Part shown: positions 62,500 through 64,000 of the stretch, in pieces
Position numbering within the stretch: the first letter of the stretch is position 1
How the letters are laid out: the number at the start of each line of letters is the position of its first letter
Assembly (NCBI GenBank): GCA_976226885.1
Contig: OZ320322.1
Span: 27,218,001 to 27,282,000 of the forward strand
Direction: 5' to 3'
Length of the DNA: 64,000 bases
From: Iphione sp. A-MEVVRFRX5
Taxonomy: Eukaryota
Made by a program: the position numbers and the translations under genes
Notes under the pieces: model-generated
Seen by the model: only the letters and a program-made list of their open reading frames with translations
Told to the model about the DNA's origin: nothing
The model's database searches: none

Positions 62500-63650
62500 A
62501 CACGTATATCATGAACGCGAGAAAATGTTGCACATGCATTATATTGATAAAAATTTAACTTTTGATGCATATCAGAAACCTGAGAACTAACGACAAATCC
62601 AAACAGTTGAACTTGCTGTACTTTCCATTGACCTTCGAAAGAAATTGCTTTCCGTGAGTTCTGTTATTGATGAATGGAATGGCTGCAGACGACGATTACC
62701 AATGACCAGAAATCTCATACAAAAGAAGACTACTTAAATTACATTTTCTAATAAGGTTTCAACACATTTGGCGAAACAAGGCACCCAGGTGCCAATTGCG
62801 CGTCCAGGGCATCAAATTGCTTTACATAACGGTCATGCGTAACAAAAGTTCAGTGCAGTGCACATATATGCGGGGGACCTATGCTTGGACAATCGTGCGT
62901 AATAAACTCCCAGCGGTGGGTCGGAAGAGTGGGCCGGGACCTACAGGAGACGTTTATTTTATGTTTGGGGAATATTTTCCTTCTGTCACCAACCATCTCG
63001 AAAGATTGCCATCTACGTCTCGATGGCCTCTGACAAACTGATAGGAGTCGCCCCCAAGTTATATGCCAAAAATATCCAGCAGAATATCATGTTTCGCCAT
63101 ACTCTCCACAGGGCTGGTCGCCGCTGTCGACGTGAAAGAGCATAGCTTGCATAGTTCGACTTTGGCCCTGTTGTCCTCATTTTTCTTATGGTCTGTCTCG
63201 TGACTGTTGCAGAAGGCTGGACGTAGTCTCTCATCTCGGGTGGATCAATTGTTGCATGCGCCATAGGGTAGCTACAGTCCACGACATATTTCATTAACAT
63301 AAGGGTTGAAGCCGGGAGAATGTACCCATTGGATATTTATAGATCAACAACCCCCCCCGCCCCCGTCACATGATGTGGCTGTTGATTGTTATGCGGACAT
63401 CGAAATTTGATCGCACTACACAGCCTATTAACTCCCTGGATAGAATGACACCCAATTGTTGAATGTAAATAGGTCCTACCATCAGCAAGCCATCTGAACG
63501 CAAAGTCTTTACGAAACGTTGGCTGAAGTAGATTTAATAACACGCTTTTCATTGGCTGATCTGAAATAGATCTCTGTAAATTTCTCTTAATAATAGCCAT
63601 TTCACTTTTTTCAATCACAATCACAATCTTTTTTGAATATGACGATGACA
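62500..63650 (-). mobile_element. Degenerate CR1/L2-group LINE 3' half
   Basis: SVLLNLL...FRWLADGRTYLHS (~LFNLYIND...FADDTTLY.S), YVVDCSYP (~LEYCSPVW), ALSRRQRR (~L..RR). Confidence 0.4.
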
Positions 63651-64000
63651 GACTTTAAAACCCTTTGGGCATGATTAAAGGTAATGTGCTGCTGGTTATG
63701 GAAGGCATCCAATGATTATGACATAAAGGTTATATGTAGGTGTACATATCTTTCACATACTATCTACATTTTTATGACATGACTTCTATTATAAATGTAT
63801 GGGACTCACATTTGTAATATATTTTTTTAATACGGTTCCTTCTAACATGTACATATATACGAAACACTTCTTGTCAGGGATAAGCAAGCTGTTGGGCAAG
63901 AAAGGGCAATAAGGAAAGTAAACAATGTGGCAAATTGTAATCCACATACGTTTTCAACTGAGAGAACAACCCAGAAAAGCATAAACCTATTCGCTTCTTG

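Noticed and set aside
1-64000. tRNA, rRNA, CRISPR arrays, prokaryotic systems
   Set aside because: Only SINE-type A/B boxes without a full cloverleaf; no repeat-spacer arrays; the sequence is eukaryotic in character.

Overview
Eukaryotic genomic DNA, probably an invertebrate deuterostome such as amphioxus/Branchiostoma. That is an inference from a Deu-domain SINE, abundant TACATGTA motifs and the MITE types present. The dominant feature is an uninterrupted 26.2-kb + strand ORF (34865-61042, 8725 codons). It encodes an acidic, low-complexity, apparently disordered ~0.95-MDa polypeptide with no recognisable folded domain, signal peptide or TM segment. It starts at a CACCATG with an in-frame stop 18 nt upstream and has a phase-0 AG|GTAAGA donor 14 codons before its stop, so it looks like one giant first coding exon spliced to exons outside the window. 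Its core is a 10.2-kb array of 11 x 924 bp (308 aa) units, each built from two related 462-bp (154 aa) monomers, with traces of a 1848-bp higher-order period. I found no recognisable host coding exon in the 35 kb upstream. That region holds very decayed LINE remnants (Tx1/L1 and CR1/L2 types, mostly on the - strand), MITEs, SINEs, mini/microsatellites, promoter-like motif clusters, a 10-bp-phased E-box array and candidate recursive-splice (AG|GT) sites. The host gene cannot be named from this window. All degenerate-element calls rest on by-eye motif matching and their boundaries are approximate.
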